Shown piece after piece: positions 35,715-44,335 of a stretch of 64,000 bases of DNA; position 1 is the stretch's first letter, and every line of letters begins with the position of its first letter. The position numbers were made by a program, and so were the translations under genes. Origin of the DNA: Gemmatimonadales bacterium (GTDB taxonomy: Bacteria; Gemmatimonadota; Gemmatimonadetes; Gemmatimonadales; GWC2-71-9); contig JAICLE010000006.1 in the NCBI GenBank assembly GCA_025927545.1, forward strand, positions 11,040-75,039. Reading direction: 5' to 3'. The notes under the pieces were generated by a model. The model saw only the letters and a program-made list of their open reading frames with translations, did not search any database and had not been told where the DNA came from.

Positions 35715-36796
35715 ACGCCACACGGCGGCTTCACGACCTGGGCCAGAGTCTCTGGCTCGACAACATCACTCGCGGCATGCTGGCCGGCGGCACGCTGCGG
35801 CGCTACCGGGACGAGCTGTCCATCACCGGGCTCACCTCCAATCCCACCATCTTCGACCACGCGATCGCGAACTCCACCTCGTACGACGACGCCATTCGCC
35901 GGAAAGCCAGGGAGGGGAAATCCGGCGAGCGGCTCTTCATCGAGCTGGCGCTCGAGGATCTGACCCAGGCGGCCGAGCTCTTCCGGCCGGTGCACCAGCA
36001 GACCGGCGGCGTGGACGGCTGGGTCTCGCTCGAGGTGTCGCCACTCCTGGCTTACGACACGGCCAGCACGCTGGCGGAAGCCCGCGCGCTGGCGGAGCGA
36101 GCGGCCCGGCCCAACATCTTCATCAAGATCCCGGGGACGACCGAGGGCGTGCCGGCCATCGAGGAAGCGATCGCGGCCGGCGTCCCGATCAACGTGACCC
36201 TGCTGTTCTCTCCCGAGCAGTATCGGGCAGCCGCGGAAGCGTACTTCCGTGGCATCGAGCGCCGGCTCGCGGCGGGACTCGATCCGCGGGTCCGCTCGGT
36301 GGCCTCGCTGTTCGTGAGCCGGTGGGACCGGGCCGTCGCCGGCCGGGTCCCGGCGCCGCTCCAGAACCGGCTCGGCATCGCGATCGCCCGGCAGACCTAT
36401 CGAGTGTATCGCGAGCTGCTGGCGTCCTCCCGGTGGAGTGGCCTGGCCGCGCGAGGCGCCTTGCCGCAGCGGCTGCTCTGGGCCAGCACCGGCACCAAGG
36501 ACCCGAAGGCGCCGGACGTGCTGTACCTCGAAGCGCTCGCCGCGCCCGACACGATCATCACCATCCCGGACGCGACGCTCCTCGCCTTCGCCGATCACGG
36601 CAAGGTGGGCGACGTGCTCCCGGCCGACGGCGGCGACGCCGATGCGGTCGTGGCGTCGTTCGGCCAGGCCGGCGTGGATGTCGCCGCCCTGGGAGAAACG
36701 CTCCAACGGGACGGCGCGTCCGCCTTCGTCGCGTCGTGGAAGGACCTGATGGACCGGATCGCGACCAAGGCCGAGGCGCTGCGGAGGACGGCATGA
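35711..36796 (+). CDS. tal: Transaldolase
   Basis: LHDLGQSLWLDNITR, ITGLTSNPTIF, VSLEVSP, IFIKIPGT (Schiff-base Lys region), INVTLLFS. Confidence 0.9.
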   Translation: MNATRRLHDLGQSLWLDNITRGMLAGGTLRRYRDELSITGLTSNPTIFDHAIANSTSYDDAIRRKAREGKSGERLFIELALEDLTQAAELFRPVHQQTGGVDGWVSLEVSPLLAYDTASTLAEARALAERAARPNIFIKIPGTTEGVPAIEEAIAAGVPINVTLLFSPEQYRAAAEAYFRGIERRLAAGLDPRVRSVASLFVSRWDRAVAGRVPAPLQNRLGIAIARQTYRVYRELLASSRWSGLAARGALPQRLLWASTGTKDPKAPDVLYLEALAAPDTIITIPDATLLAFADHGKVGDVLPADGGDADAVVASFGQAGVDVAALGETLQRDGASAFVASWKDLMDRIATKAEALRRTA

Positions 36797-38880
36797 CGGC
36801 GCCGACGCTCGACCAGCTCTGCGTCGACACCATCCGGACGCTCACGATCGACGCCGTCCAGCAGGCACAGTCCGGACACCCCGGCACGCCCATGGGGATG
36901 GCGCCGGCGGCCTACGCGCTCTGGCAGCGCATGCTCCGTTACGACCCCGAGGACCCGCACTGGCCCAACCGCGACCGCTTCGTGCTCTCCGCGGGCCACG
37001 CCTCGATGCTCCTCTACAGCCTGATCTATCTGACCGGCGTCCGCGCGGCGGACCCGTCCTATGAGCCGGCCGACCGGCCGGCAGTCACGCTGGACGACAT
37101 CAAGCGCTTCCGCCAGGCGGGCAGCCGCTGCCCGGGCCACCCGGAATACGGCTGGACGACCGGCGTCGAGGCCACCACCGGCCCGCTCGGCCAAGGCGTC
37201 GCCATGAGTGTCGGAATGGCGATCGCCGGGCGCTGGCTCGCCGCCACCTACAACCGGCCCGGTCTCGAGCTGTTCGACTACGACGTCTACGTGCTCTGCA
37301 GCGACGGCGACATGATGGAGGGATTGGGCAGCGAGGCCGCATCGCTCGCCGGACACTTCCGGCTCGGCCGGCTCTGCTGGATTTACGACAACAACGGGAT
37401 CAGCATCGAAGGGCCGACCTCGCTCACCTTCACTGAGGACGTGGGCGCCCGGTTCCTTGCCTATGGATGGAACGTGCTCCGGGTGCCGGACGCGAACGAC
37501 CTGGACCGGCTCACTCAGGCCTACGAGACGTTCCGTGCTACGCACGACCGGCCGACGCTCATCATCGTGGACAGCCACATCGGCTACGGCGCCCCCCACC
37601 GGCAGGACACGCGCGAGGCTCACGGCGAGCCGCTCGGCGCGGAGGAGACGCGGCTGGCGAAGGAGTTCTACGGCTGGAATCCCGACGCCCGCTTCGTCGT
37701 GCCCGACGCCGTTCCCGCCCACTTCCGCACCAACCTGAACCGGCGCGGCGCCGACCTGCGGGCGGCGTGGGAGGCGCGCCTGGGCACGTACCGCGAGCGG
37801 TATCCCGACCTTGCCGCCCAGCTCGACCGGATCCGAACAGGTACGCTGCCGCCCGGCTGGGACCGCGACCTGCCCGTCTTCCCGCCCGACCCGAAGGGGA
37901 TCGCGAGCCGCGATGCGTCGGGCAAGACGCTCAATGTCATCGCGCGCCGGGTGCCCTGGCTCCTGGGCGGCGCGGCCGATCTCTGGCCATCCACCAAGAC
38001 GCGGCTGACCTTCGAGGGTGCCGGCGAGCTCGAGCCGGTCGCGGACGGCGGTGATGCCGGCGGCCGGAATATGCACTTCGGCGTGCGGGAACACGCGATG
38101 TGCGCCATCGCGAACGGGCTGGCGCTCGGCGGCCTGCGGGCGTACGGCTCGAGCTTCCTCATCTTCACCGATTATTGCCGCCCGGCCATCCGGCTGAGCG
38201 CGCTGATGGAGCTTCCCGTTCTCTACGTGTGGACCCACGACTCCATCAGCCTCGGCGAGGACGGTCCTACCCACCAGCCGGTCGAGCACCTGGCCTCGCT
38301 CCGCGCCATGCCGGGCATGATCGTGATCCGCCCGGCCGATGCGAACGAGGTCGTGGAAGCCTACCGGGTCATCATGGCGCAGTCCGAGCACCCGGTCTCC
38401 CTCGTGCTGTCGCGTCAGGCATTGCCGACACTGGACCGGTCGCAGTACGCGGCGGCCGGCGGGCTCGCGCGGGGAGCATACGTCCTGGCCGATGCGCCCG
38501 ACGGGGAGCCGGACGTGCTCCTGCTGGCGACCGGCAGTGAGGTGTCCCTCTGCGTGACGGCCCACGAGCGTCTGCTGGCCGAGGGGATCAAGGCGCGGGT
38601 CGTGAGCATGCCGTCCTGGGAGCTCTTCGAGGCCCAGCCCGAGTCGTATCGCGAAAAGGTGCTGCCGCCCGAAGTCCTCGCGCGCGTGGCCGTCGAGGAG
38701 GCGTCGCCCTTCGGCTGGGCGCGCTACACCGGCATGACCGGCACGGTGCTCGGCATGCGCACCTTCGGCCTCTCGGCCCCGGGGAAGGTGGTGGCCGAGC
38801 ACTTCGGCTTCACCGCCGATCACGTCGTCGAGGCCGCGCGGGAGCAGGTGGCCCGGCACCGGCGGCCGTCGCACGTGTGA
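36793..38880 (+). CDS. tkt: Transketolase
   Basis: ATG 36793 overlaps the tal stop (ATGA). IRTLTIDAVQQAQSGHPGTPMGMAP, DRFVLSAGHASMLLYS, SDGDMMEG, THDSISLGEDGPTHQPVE. The upstream part of track ORF 35698..38880 is read-through. Confidence 0.95.
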   Translation: MTAPTLDQLCVDTIRTLTIDAVQQAQSGHPGTPMGMAPAAYALWQRMLRYDPEDPHWPNRDRFVLSAGHASMLLYSLIYLTGVRAADPSYEPADRPAVTLDDIKRFRQAGSRCPGHPEYGWTTGVEATTGPLGQGVAMSVGMAIAGRWLAATYNRPGLELFDYDVYVLCSDGDMMEGLGSEAASLAGHFRLGRLCWIYDNNGISIEGPTSLTFTEDVGARFLAYGWNVLRVPDANDLDRLTQAYETFRATHDRPTLIIVDSHIGYGAPHRQDTREAHGEPLGAEETRLAKEFYGWNPDARFVVPDAVPAHFRTNLNRRGADLRAAWEARLGTYRERYPDLAAQLDRIRTGTLPPGWDRDLPVFPPDPKGIASRDASGKTLNVIARRVPWLLGGAADLWPSTKTRLTFEGAGELEPVADGGDAGGRNMHFGVREHAMCAIANGLALGGLRAYGSSFLIFTDYCRPAIRLSALMELPVLYVWTHDSISLGEDGPTHQPVEHLASLRAMPGMIVIRPADANEVVEAYRVIMAQSEHPVSLVLSRQALPTLDRSQYAAAGGLARGAYVLADAPDGEPDVLLLATGSEVSLCVTAHERLLAEGIKARVVSMPSWELFEAQPESYREKVLPPEVLARVAVEEASPFGWARYTGMTGTVLGMRTFGLSAPGKVVAEHFGFTADHVVEAAREQVARHRRPSHV

Positions 38881-39620
38881 TGAGCGAGCCGCGGCTGCGG
38901 GTCTTTCCGGATCCGGCTGCGCTGGCGCTTGCGGCTGCCGAGCGCATCGCCGTGGCCGCCCTCGAGGCGATCAGGGCTCGCGGCCGGTTCCGCCTGGTCC
39001 TCGCCGGGGGCGAAACGCCCCGGCGAACGTACGAAGTGCTCGCCGGCGCGGCGTTCGCCGGCCGGGTGGACTGGCCGCGCGTCGAGTTCTTCTGGGGCGA
39101 CGAACGCTGCGTTCCGCCCAACGACGCCCGGAGCAACTACCGGATGGCGCGGGAAGCACTGCTCGACCGGATCCCGGTCACTCCGGACAACGTCCATCGA
39201 ATTCACGGCGAGGACGCACCGGCACGAGCTGCGCTGGCCTACGAACGGCAGCTCGCGAGCGTGGTACCTGACCTGGTGCTGCTGGGTCTGGGCCAGGACG
39301 GACACACCGCGTCCCTTTTTCCCGGACACGCGGCCGTGCGGGAACGGGTGCGGACCGTGTTGGCGGAGTACGTGCGTGAAGTGAGCGCCTGGCGGGTGAC
39401 CATGACGCCTCCGATGCTCAATGCGGGCCGCGCCGTTCTGTTTCTCGCCTCCGGCCCCGGCAAGGCCGGTGCGTTGCGCCTGGCGCTGGAGGGTTCGCTG
39501 CCGCCGGCGCTGCTCCCCGTCAAGGCGGTCCGGCCGGCCTCGGGCTGTCTCGACTGGATGGTGGACCTCGCGGCGGCATCCGGCCTGGCCCGCGTAACCA
39601 GCGTGTCCACAGAGACATAG
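38877..39620 (+). CDS. pgl: 6-phosphogluconolactonase
   Basis: LVLAGGETPRRTYEVL, FWGDERCVPPND, LLGLGQDGHTASLFP. The start (GTG 38877 or ATG 38880) overlaps the tkt stop. Confidence 0.85.
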   Translation: MMSEPRLRVFPDPAALALAAAERIAVAALEAIRARGRFRLVLAGGETPRRTYEVLAGAAFAGRVDWPRVEFFWGDERCVPPNDARSNYRMAREALLDRIPVTPDNVHRIHGEDAPARAALAYERQLASVVPDLVLLGLGQDGHTASLFPGHAAVRERVRTVLAEYVREVSAWRVTMTPPMLNAGRAVLFLASGPGKAGALRLALEGSLPPALLPVKAVRPASGCLDWMVDLAAASGLARVTSVSTET

Positions 39621-39633
39621 TTCCTTCCCACGA

Positions 39634-39656
39634 GGGCGCCGGCCGCCGCGGCGCCC
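39634..39656 (+). terminator. GC-rich hairpin downstream of pgl (possible terminator, no U-tract)
   Basis: GGGCGCCG-ggccgcc-CGGCGCCC, an 8-bp perfect stem 14 nt after the pgl stop. Confidence 0.3.
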
Positions 39657-39690
39657 GGGCGCCGACGCCGGACTTGTTGACGATCGCCCA

Positions 39691-41871
39691 TTGCTCCCCC
39701 ATCCTCATATTGTGACGGGAACCTTGCCTGACCTGGCCCCGGACCTCCGGGCGGTGCTCGAGCGCCACGCGGACCGTCTCGATCTCGACCTGATCGAGCG
39801 GGCGCTCCGCTTCAGTGCGTCCGCCCACCGCGGCCAGAAGCGGATGTCGGGCGAGGACTTCGTGTCCCACAGCATCGCGGTGGCGCTCATCCTCGCCGAG
39901 CAGCTTCTCGACAGCACCACCATTGCCGCGGCGCTCCTCCATGACGTGGTGGAGGATTCCGAGGTCCGGACGGAGGATATCGCCCGCGAGTTCGGGAGCG
40001 AGATCGCCGGCATCGTGGACGGGCTCACCAAGATCTCCAGCCTGACCTTCCGCTCGTCGGCCGAGGAGCAGGTCGAGAACTATCGCAAGCTCCTGCTGTC
40101 GATCGCGAAGGACGCCCGCGTCATCATCATCAAGCTGGGCGACCGGCTCCACAACATGCGGACGCTCGAGCACCTGCCGCCCGAGCGCCGGAGCCGGATC
40201 GCGCTCGAGACCCGGGAGATCTACGCGCCTCTGGCGCACCGGTTCGGCATGGCCGGCATGAAGGCCGAGCTGGAAGACCTGTCGTTCAAGTTCCTGGAGC
40301 CGGAGGAGTACCGCGAGCTGGTGAACCAGGTGGCCAGCAAGCGCGCGGTCCGTGAGCAGACCATCCTCAAGCTCCGCACGCCGCTGGAGTACGAGCTCAA
40401 GCGGGCGGGGATCGAGTGGTACGAGGTCACCGGCCGGCCGAAGCACCTCTGGTCCATCTTCCAGAAGATGCGGAAGCGGAACAAGGGGTTCGACGAGATC
40501 TACGACCTCATGGCCATCCGCGTGACCGTGCGGACGGTGCCGGACTGCTATCACGTCCTCGGCATCATCCACCACAACTGGACGCCGATCCAGGAGCGAA
40601 TCAAGGACTACATCGCCTCGCCCAAGTCGAACGCGTACCAGTCGCTGCACACGACCATCTTCGGCCCGGGCGGCCAGCTCTTCGAGGTGCAGATCCGGAC
40701 CCAGGAGATGCACCGGACGGCCGAGTTCGGCATCGCGGCCCACTGGCTGTACAAGCGCGACGGCAAGCCCGACGAGCTCGACCAGCATCTCGGCTGGTTC
40801 CGCCAACTCCTCGATCTGCAACAGGACACGCATAGCCCCGAGGAGTTCCTCGAGTTCCTCAAGATCGACCTGTACCAGGACGAGATCTTCGTCTTCACGC
40901 CGCAGGGCGACGTGAAGCGGCTGCCGAAGGGCTCGACGGCGATCGATTTCGCGTTCCACGTGCACACCGAGGTGGGCCTCAAGTGCCAGGGCGCCAAGAT
41001 CAACGGACGCATCGCGCCGCTTCACCGGGAGCTCAAGAGCGGCGACACCATCGAAATCCTCACGGCGGCCGTGCCCAAGCCCAGCCGGGACTGGCTGAGC
41101 CATGTCCGCACCGCCCGGGCCCGGCACAAGATCAAGCAGTGGGTCAACCACGAGGAGGAAACCGTCAGCCTGACGCTCGGCCGCGAGATTCTCGCGCGCG
41201 AGGTGCGCCGGCGGCGGCTGGAGACTCCCGACGACACGCGGCTGACGCGGGCGGCGCAGACACTCTCGCTGGCGGACGGACGCGGGCTTGAGATCGCGGT
41301 CGGCCGCGGCGATGTCAACATCGGCCAGGTGATCAAGGCGCTCTATCCCGACCGGGCCACCGACGAGATCCAGGAGCCCAAGCCGACGGTGTTCGGCCGG
41401 GTCATCGACCGGATCCGCCTGGGTCGGGGCATCAAGATCCAGGGAGTGGACGGCCTGATGGTGCGCTACGCCCAGTGCTGCCAGCCCGTGCCGGGCGACT
41501 CGGTCGTGGGCTACGTGACGCAGGGCCGCGGCATTTCGATCCACCGGGCCGACTGCCCCAACCTGCTCACCCTCGCCGCCGACGAGCGGCGGGTGGACAT
41601 CGACTGGCAGGAAACGGCTGGCGAGGCCTTCGCGGTCCGGCTCGCGGTGAGCGGCGAAGACCGACGCGGGCTGTACGCCGACATCATGGAGGCGGTGAGC
41701 CAGACCGGCACCAACATCCGCGGCGCCGATCTCCACACCAAGGACGGCTCGGTGTTCGGCACCATCTTCGTCGAGGTGGACAACCTGCCGCATCTCGGCA
41801 AGGTGATGAAGGCCGTGCGGAAGGTGAAAGGGGTAACGGAGATCGAGCGCAGAGAGGCTCCCACCCCATGA
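39691..41871 (+). CDS. rel: Bifunctional (p)ppGpp synthetase/hydrolase (RelA/SpoT homologue)
   Basis: HD hydrolase domain (HRGQKR...HSIAV...LLHDVVEDS), synthetase domain (YQSLHTTI, FEVQIRTQEMH), TGS (IFVFTPQGDV) and ACT C-terminus. The start is uncertain (TTG 39691 or GTG 39712). Confidence 0.9.
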   Translation: MLPHPHIVTGTLPDLAPDLRAVLERHADRLDLDLIERALRFSASAHRGQKRMSGEDFVSHSIAVALILAEQLLDSTTIAAALLHDVVEDSEVRTEDIAREFGSEIAGIVDGLTKISSLTFRSSAEEQVENYRKLLLSIAKDARVIIIKLGDRLHNMRTLEHLPPERRSRIALETREIYAPLAHRFGMAGMKAELEDLSFKFLEPEEYRELVNQVASKRAVREQTILKLRTPLEYELKRAGIEWYEVTGRPKHLWSIFQKMRKRNKGFDEIYDLMAIRVTVRTVPDCYHVLGIIHHNWTPIQERIKDYIASPKSNAYQSLHTTIFGPGGQLFEVQIRTQEMHRTAEFGIAAHWLYKRDGKPDELDQHLGWFRQLLDLQQDTHSPEEFLEFLKIDLYQDEIFVFTPQGDVKRLPKGSTAIDFAFHVHTEVGLKCQGAKINGRIAPLHRELKSGDTIEILTAAVPKPSRDWLSHVRTARARHKIKQWVNHEEETVSLTLGREILAREVRRRRLETPDDTRLTRAAQTLSLADGRGLEIAVGRGDVNIGQVIKALYPDRATDEIQEPKPTVFGRVIDRIRLGRGIKIQGVDGLMVRYAQCCQPVPGDSVVGYVTQGRGISIHRADCPNLLTLAADERRVDIDWQETAGEAFAVRLAVSGEDRRGLYADIMEAVSQTGTNIRGADLHTKDGSVFGTIFVEVDNLPHLGKVMKAVRKVKGVTEIERREAPTP

Positions 41872-41889
41872 CTCAATTCGGAGGATTTC

Positions 41890-42135
41890 ATGCCTGACCC
41901 CAAGGAACCCGACTTTTCGGACGTCGAATCAGGAAGCTCGTCCACGGCCCCGCCACCCGCGCCGTCAGGCGGGCAGACCTACACGGTCGCCAAGGGCGAC
42001 AGCCTGTCGAAGATCGCCAAGCGCTTCTACGGGAACGCGGGCGACTGGAAGAAGATCTACGAAGCCAACAAGGACGTCATCAAGAATCCCGACCTCATCT
42101 ATCCCGGCCAGACGTTCCGGATTCCGGACGCATGA
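41890..42135 (+). CDS. Small LysM-domain protein (no signal peptide visible)
   Basis: YTVAKGDSLSKIAKRFYGNAGDWKKIYEANKDVIKNPDLIYPGQTFRIP is a canonical LysM. GGAGG lies upstream of the ATG. Confidence 0.75.
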   Translation: MPDPKEPDFSDVESGSSSTAPPPAPSGGQTYTVAKGDSLSKIAKRFYGNAGDWKKIYEANKDVIKNPDLIYPGQTFRIPDA

Positions 42136-42626
42136 GCCGGCGCGAGGAGACGCAGCCCATGGACGTGTATCGCCGCACCCTGTGCACGCTCGCCCTCGGC
42201 TTCGCGGTCGCCGCGGCGCCGGCGTGCAAGAAGAAAACGGACACCGCCGCGGCGGCGCCCGATACCAGCATGACCGCACCCGCGCCGGCGGCAACGCCCT
42301 TCGCGGTGCAGGGGGTCGAAGTCGGAAAGCAGCTGGGCGCCGACAAGAAGGTCACGAGCCCCGGCACATCCTTCGCTCCGAAAGACACGATCTACGCCTC
42401 CGTGGCTACCGAGGGCTCGGCGCCGAGCAAGACGATCGTGGCGCGGTGGACCTTCGGCTCGGGCAAACTGGTAAAGGCGGACTCCCAGACGATCGCGCCC
42501 ACCGGGCCCGCGAACACGGAGTTCCACATCACGAAGCCGAGCGGATGGCCCGTCGGCAAGTACAAGGTCGAGATCAGCGTCGACGGCAGCCCGGCGGGGA
42601 GCAAGGAGTTCGAGGTGAAGAAATAG
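42132..42626 (+). CDS. Lipoprotein, paralogue A of a two-member family in this window
   Basis: ATG 42132 overlaps the LysM stop (ATGA). Lipobox LGFAVAAAPAC. The C-terminal ~105 aa align with the product of 43095..43574. Confidence 0.6.
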   Translation: MSRREETQPMDVYRRTLCTLALGFAVAAAPACKKKTDTAAAAPDTSMTAPAPAATPFAVQGVEVGKQLGADKKVTSPGTSFAPKDTIYASVATEGSAPSKTIVARWTFGSGKLVKADSQTIAPTGPANTEFHITKPSGWPVGKYKVEISVDGSPAGSKEFEVKK

Positions 42627-42641
42627 CGCGTCCGGCGCACC

Positions 42642-43055
42642 GTGCCGAGCTACTGGATTCTCAAGACCGACGCCGACACCTACGATTTCGACCGGCTCGC
42701 ACGCGAGCGCCGCGCCGTCTGGGATGGCATCACCAACGCGCTGGCGCTCAAGCACATCCGCGCGATGTCCCGGGGCGACCACGCGCTGATCTACCACTCC
42801 GGCGACGAGAAGGCGCTCGTCGGCCTGGCGCGGGTCGTGTCGAACGCGTATCCCGATCCGGGAGGCAATCCCAGGCTCGCCGTCGTGGACATCGAAGCGG
42901 GGAAGCGGCTCGCCCGCCCCGTGACCCTCGCCGCCATCAAGGCCGATCCCGCCTTCGCCGACTTGGCCCTGGTGCGCATGTCGCGCCTGAGCGTCGTGCC
43001 GGTCCCGCCCGCGCAGTGGAAGCGATTGCTGGCGATGGCTGGCGAGCGCCGGTGA
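42642..43055 (+). CDS. EVE (PUA-like) domain protein
   Basis: PSYWILKTDADTYDFDRL...WDGITNALALKHIRAMSRGDHALIYHSGDEKALVGLARVVS... is the typical stand-alone EVE/Thy28-like pattern. Confidence 0.8.
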   Translation: MPSYWILKTDADTYDFDRLARERRAVWDGITNALALKHIRAMSRGDHALIYHSGDEKALVGLARVVSNAYPDPGGNPRLAVVDIEAGKRLARPVTLAAIKADPAFADLALVRMSRLSVVPVPPAQWKRLLAMAGERR

Positions 43056-43094
43056 CGCGCGAACGACCCACACCAAACTGAGGGAGTGAAATTC

Positions 43095-43574
43095 ATGGGA
43101 GCTGCACGGATGTTCCTGCCGGTCGCGCTCGCGGCCACGGTGCTCGCGGGCTGCGGGGGCGGGAAGCGCAACGGAACGGAGACCGCGGCCGTCGACACCG
43201 CCGCCCGAGCCGCCGACTCCGCTGCCCGGGCCGCGACCACGGGTCCCCAGCGCGTCGCCAACGTCATGATCGGGAAGCGGCTCGGTGCGGAGAACCGGAT
43301 CGCCGAGCCCACATTCCAGTTCGTGCCGGAGGACACGGTCTACGTGTCGGCGGAGGTTCAGGGAGCGCCGGCGCAGGGCACCCTCACCGCCCGGTGGCTG
43401 GCGCAGAACGGCAAGACGCTGGATTCGACCGCGCAGCCGCTCACCGCCGGCGCCACCCGCCACAAGGAGTTCCACCTCGCCCAGCCCGCGGGATGGAAGC
43501 CCGGCACCTATCTGGTCACGCTCTACCTCAACGGCGACTCGGTCGACGCGAAGACCTTCGCGGTCCGGAAGTAG
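43095..43574 (+). CDS. Lipoprotein, paralogue B
   Basis: ATG 43095 is preceded by GAGGGAG at good spacing. Lipobox LAATVLAGCGG. It shares GKxLGA, FxPxDTxYxS, ARW, EFH and GWxPGxY motifs with 42132..42626. Confidence 0.6.
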   Translation: MGAARMFLPVALAATVLAGCGGGKRNGTETAAVDTAARAADSAARAATTGPQRVANVMIGKRLGAENRIAEPTFQFVPEDTVYVSAEVQGAPAQGTLTARWLAQNGKTLDSTAQPLTAGATRHKEFHLAQPAGWKPGTYLVTLYLNGDSVDAKTFAVRK

Positions 43575-44335
43575 AGCGTGGTCGCGCCGGCCGCGATCAG
43601 GCCCGCGAGCAGGAGGGCCGTGGCCATCACGTTGATCTGCGGAGGAAATGCGGCCCGCCGCGCGCCGTAGACATAAAGCGGGTACGTCACTTCGCTGCCG
43701 GCGTTGAACAGCGTGATGATGAAGTCGTCGAGCGACAGGACAAAGGCGAGCAGCGCCGCCGCCACGACCCCCGGTGCGATGAGCGGGAGGGTGACGCTGC
43801 GGAACACCCTGAGGGGCGAGGCGCCCAGATCCATGGCCGCTTCCTCCAGCGTCCAGTCGAATCCCCGGAGCCGCGCCCGGACCGTCAACGCCACGTAGCT
43901 GATCGAGAACATGACGTGGGCGACCACGATGGTGGCAAATCCGGTCCGGACACCCAGGTCGAGGAAGAGCGAGAGCAGGGACGAACCGAGCACCACCTCG
44001 GGCGTGGTGAGCGGAAGAACGAGGAGCAGGGAGACGGCGGCGCTCCCCCGAAAGCGGTATCGGGTGAGCGCGAGGGCGATGAAGGTCCCGAGCACCGTGG
44101 CCACGGCGGTCGAGAGCGCCGCTACCCGCAGGCTCAGCCGCATGGCGTCGACCAGCGCCGGATGAGCGAACGGGTGCCGCCATGCCTCCAGCGAGAACGA
44201 CTTCCAGACGAAATTGAACTTCCCCGCCGGCTGGTTGAAGCTGTAGGCCACAATCACGACGATCGGCAGGAACAGGTACCCCAGCACCAGCCAGGCCCAG
44301 GCGCCGAGCAGCCATCGCCGGAGCCGCTCCGTCAT
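43523..44335 (-). CDS. potC: ABC transporter permease, spermidine/putrescine PotC-like
   Basis: MTERLRRWLLGAWAWLVLGYLFLPIVVIV..., the EAA loop (LEEAAMDLGASPLRVFRSVTLP) and 6 hydrophobic spans. ATG 44335 overlaps the potB stop (ATGA). The upstream part of track ORF 43523..45031 is read-through. Confidence 0.85.
   Translation of the reverse strand: MTERLRRWLLGAWAWLVLGYLFLPIVVIVAYSFNQPAGKFNFVWKSFSLEAWRHPFAHPALVDAMRLSLRVAALSTAVATVLGTFIALALTRYRFRGSAAVSLLLVLPLTTPEVVLGSSLLSLFLDLGVRTGFATIVVAHVMFSISYVALTVRARLRGFDWTLEEAAMDLGASPLRVFRSVTLPLIAPGVVAAALLAFVLSLDDFIITLFNAGSEVTYPLYVYGARRAAFPPQINVMATALLLAGLIAAGATTLYFRTAKVFASTESPLR

Noticed and set aside
36595-38874. 759-aa ORF antisense to tkt, and similar long antisense ORFs at 39520..41793 (rel), 48969..51065 (uvrB), 53027..55753 and 60292..62298
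   Set aside because: Each is opposite a gene with clear conserved motifs. None shows signal peptides, catalytic motifs or independent start-site signals. All are regarded as GC-skew artefacts.
39677-39711. Sigma70-like promoter for rel (TTGACG at 39677, CATATT at 39706)
   Set aside because: The spacing between the two boxes is 23 nt, too long for a standard promoter. The alternative -10 at 17-nt spacing (CATCCT) is poor. It is kept only as part of the TATATT-box observation.
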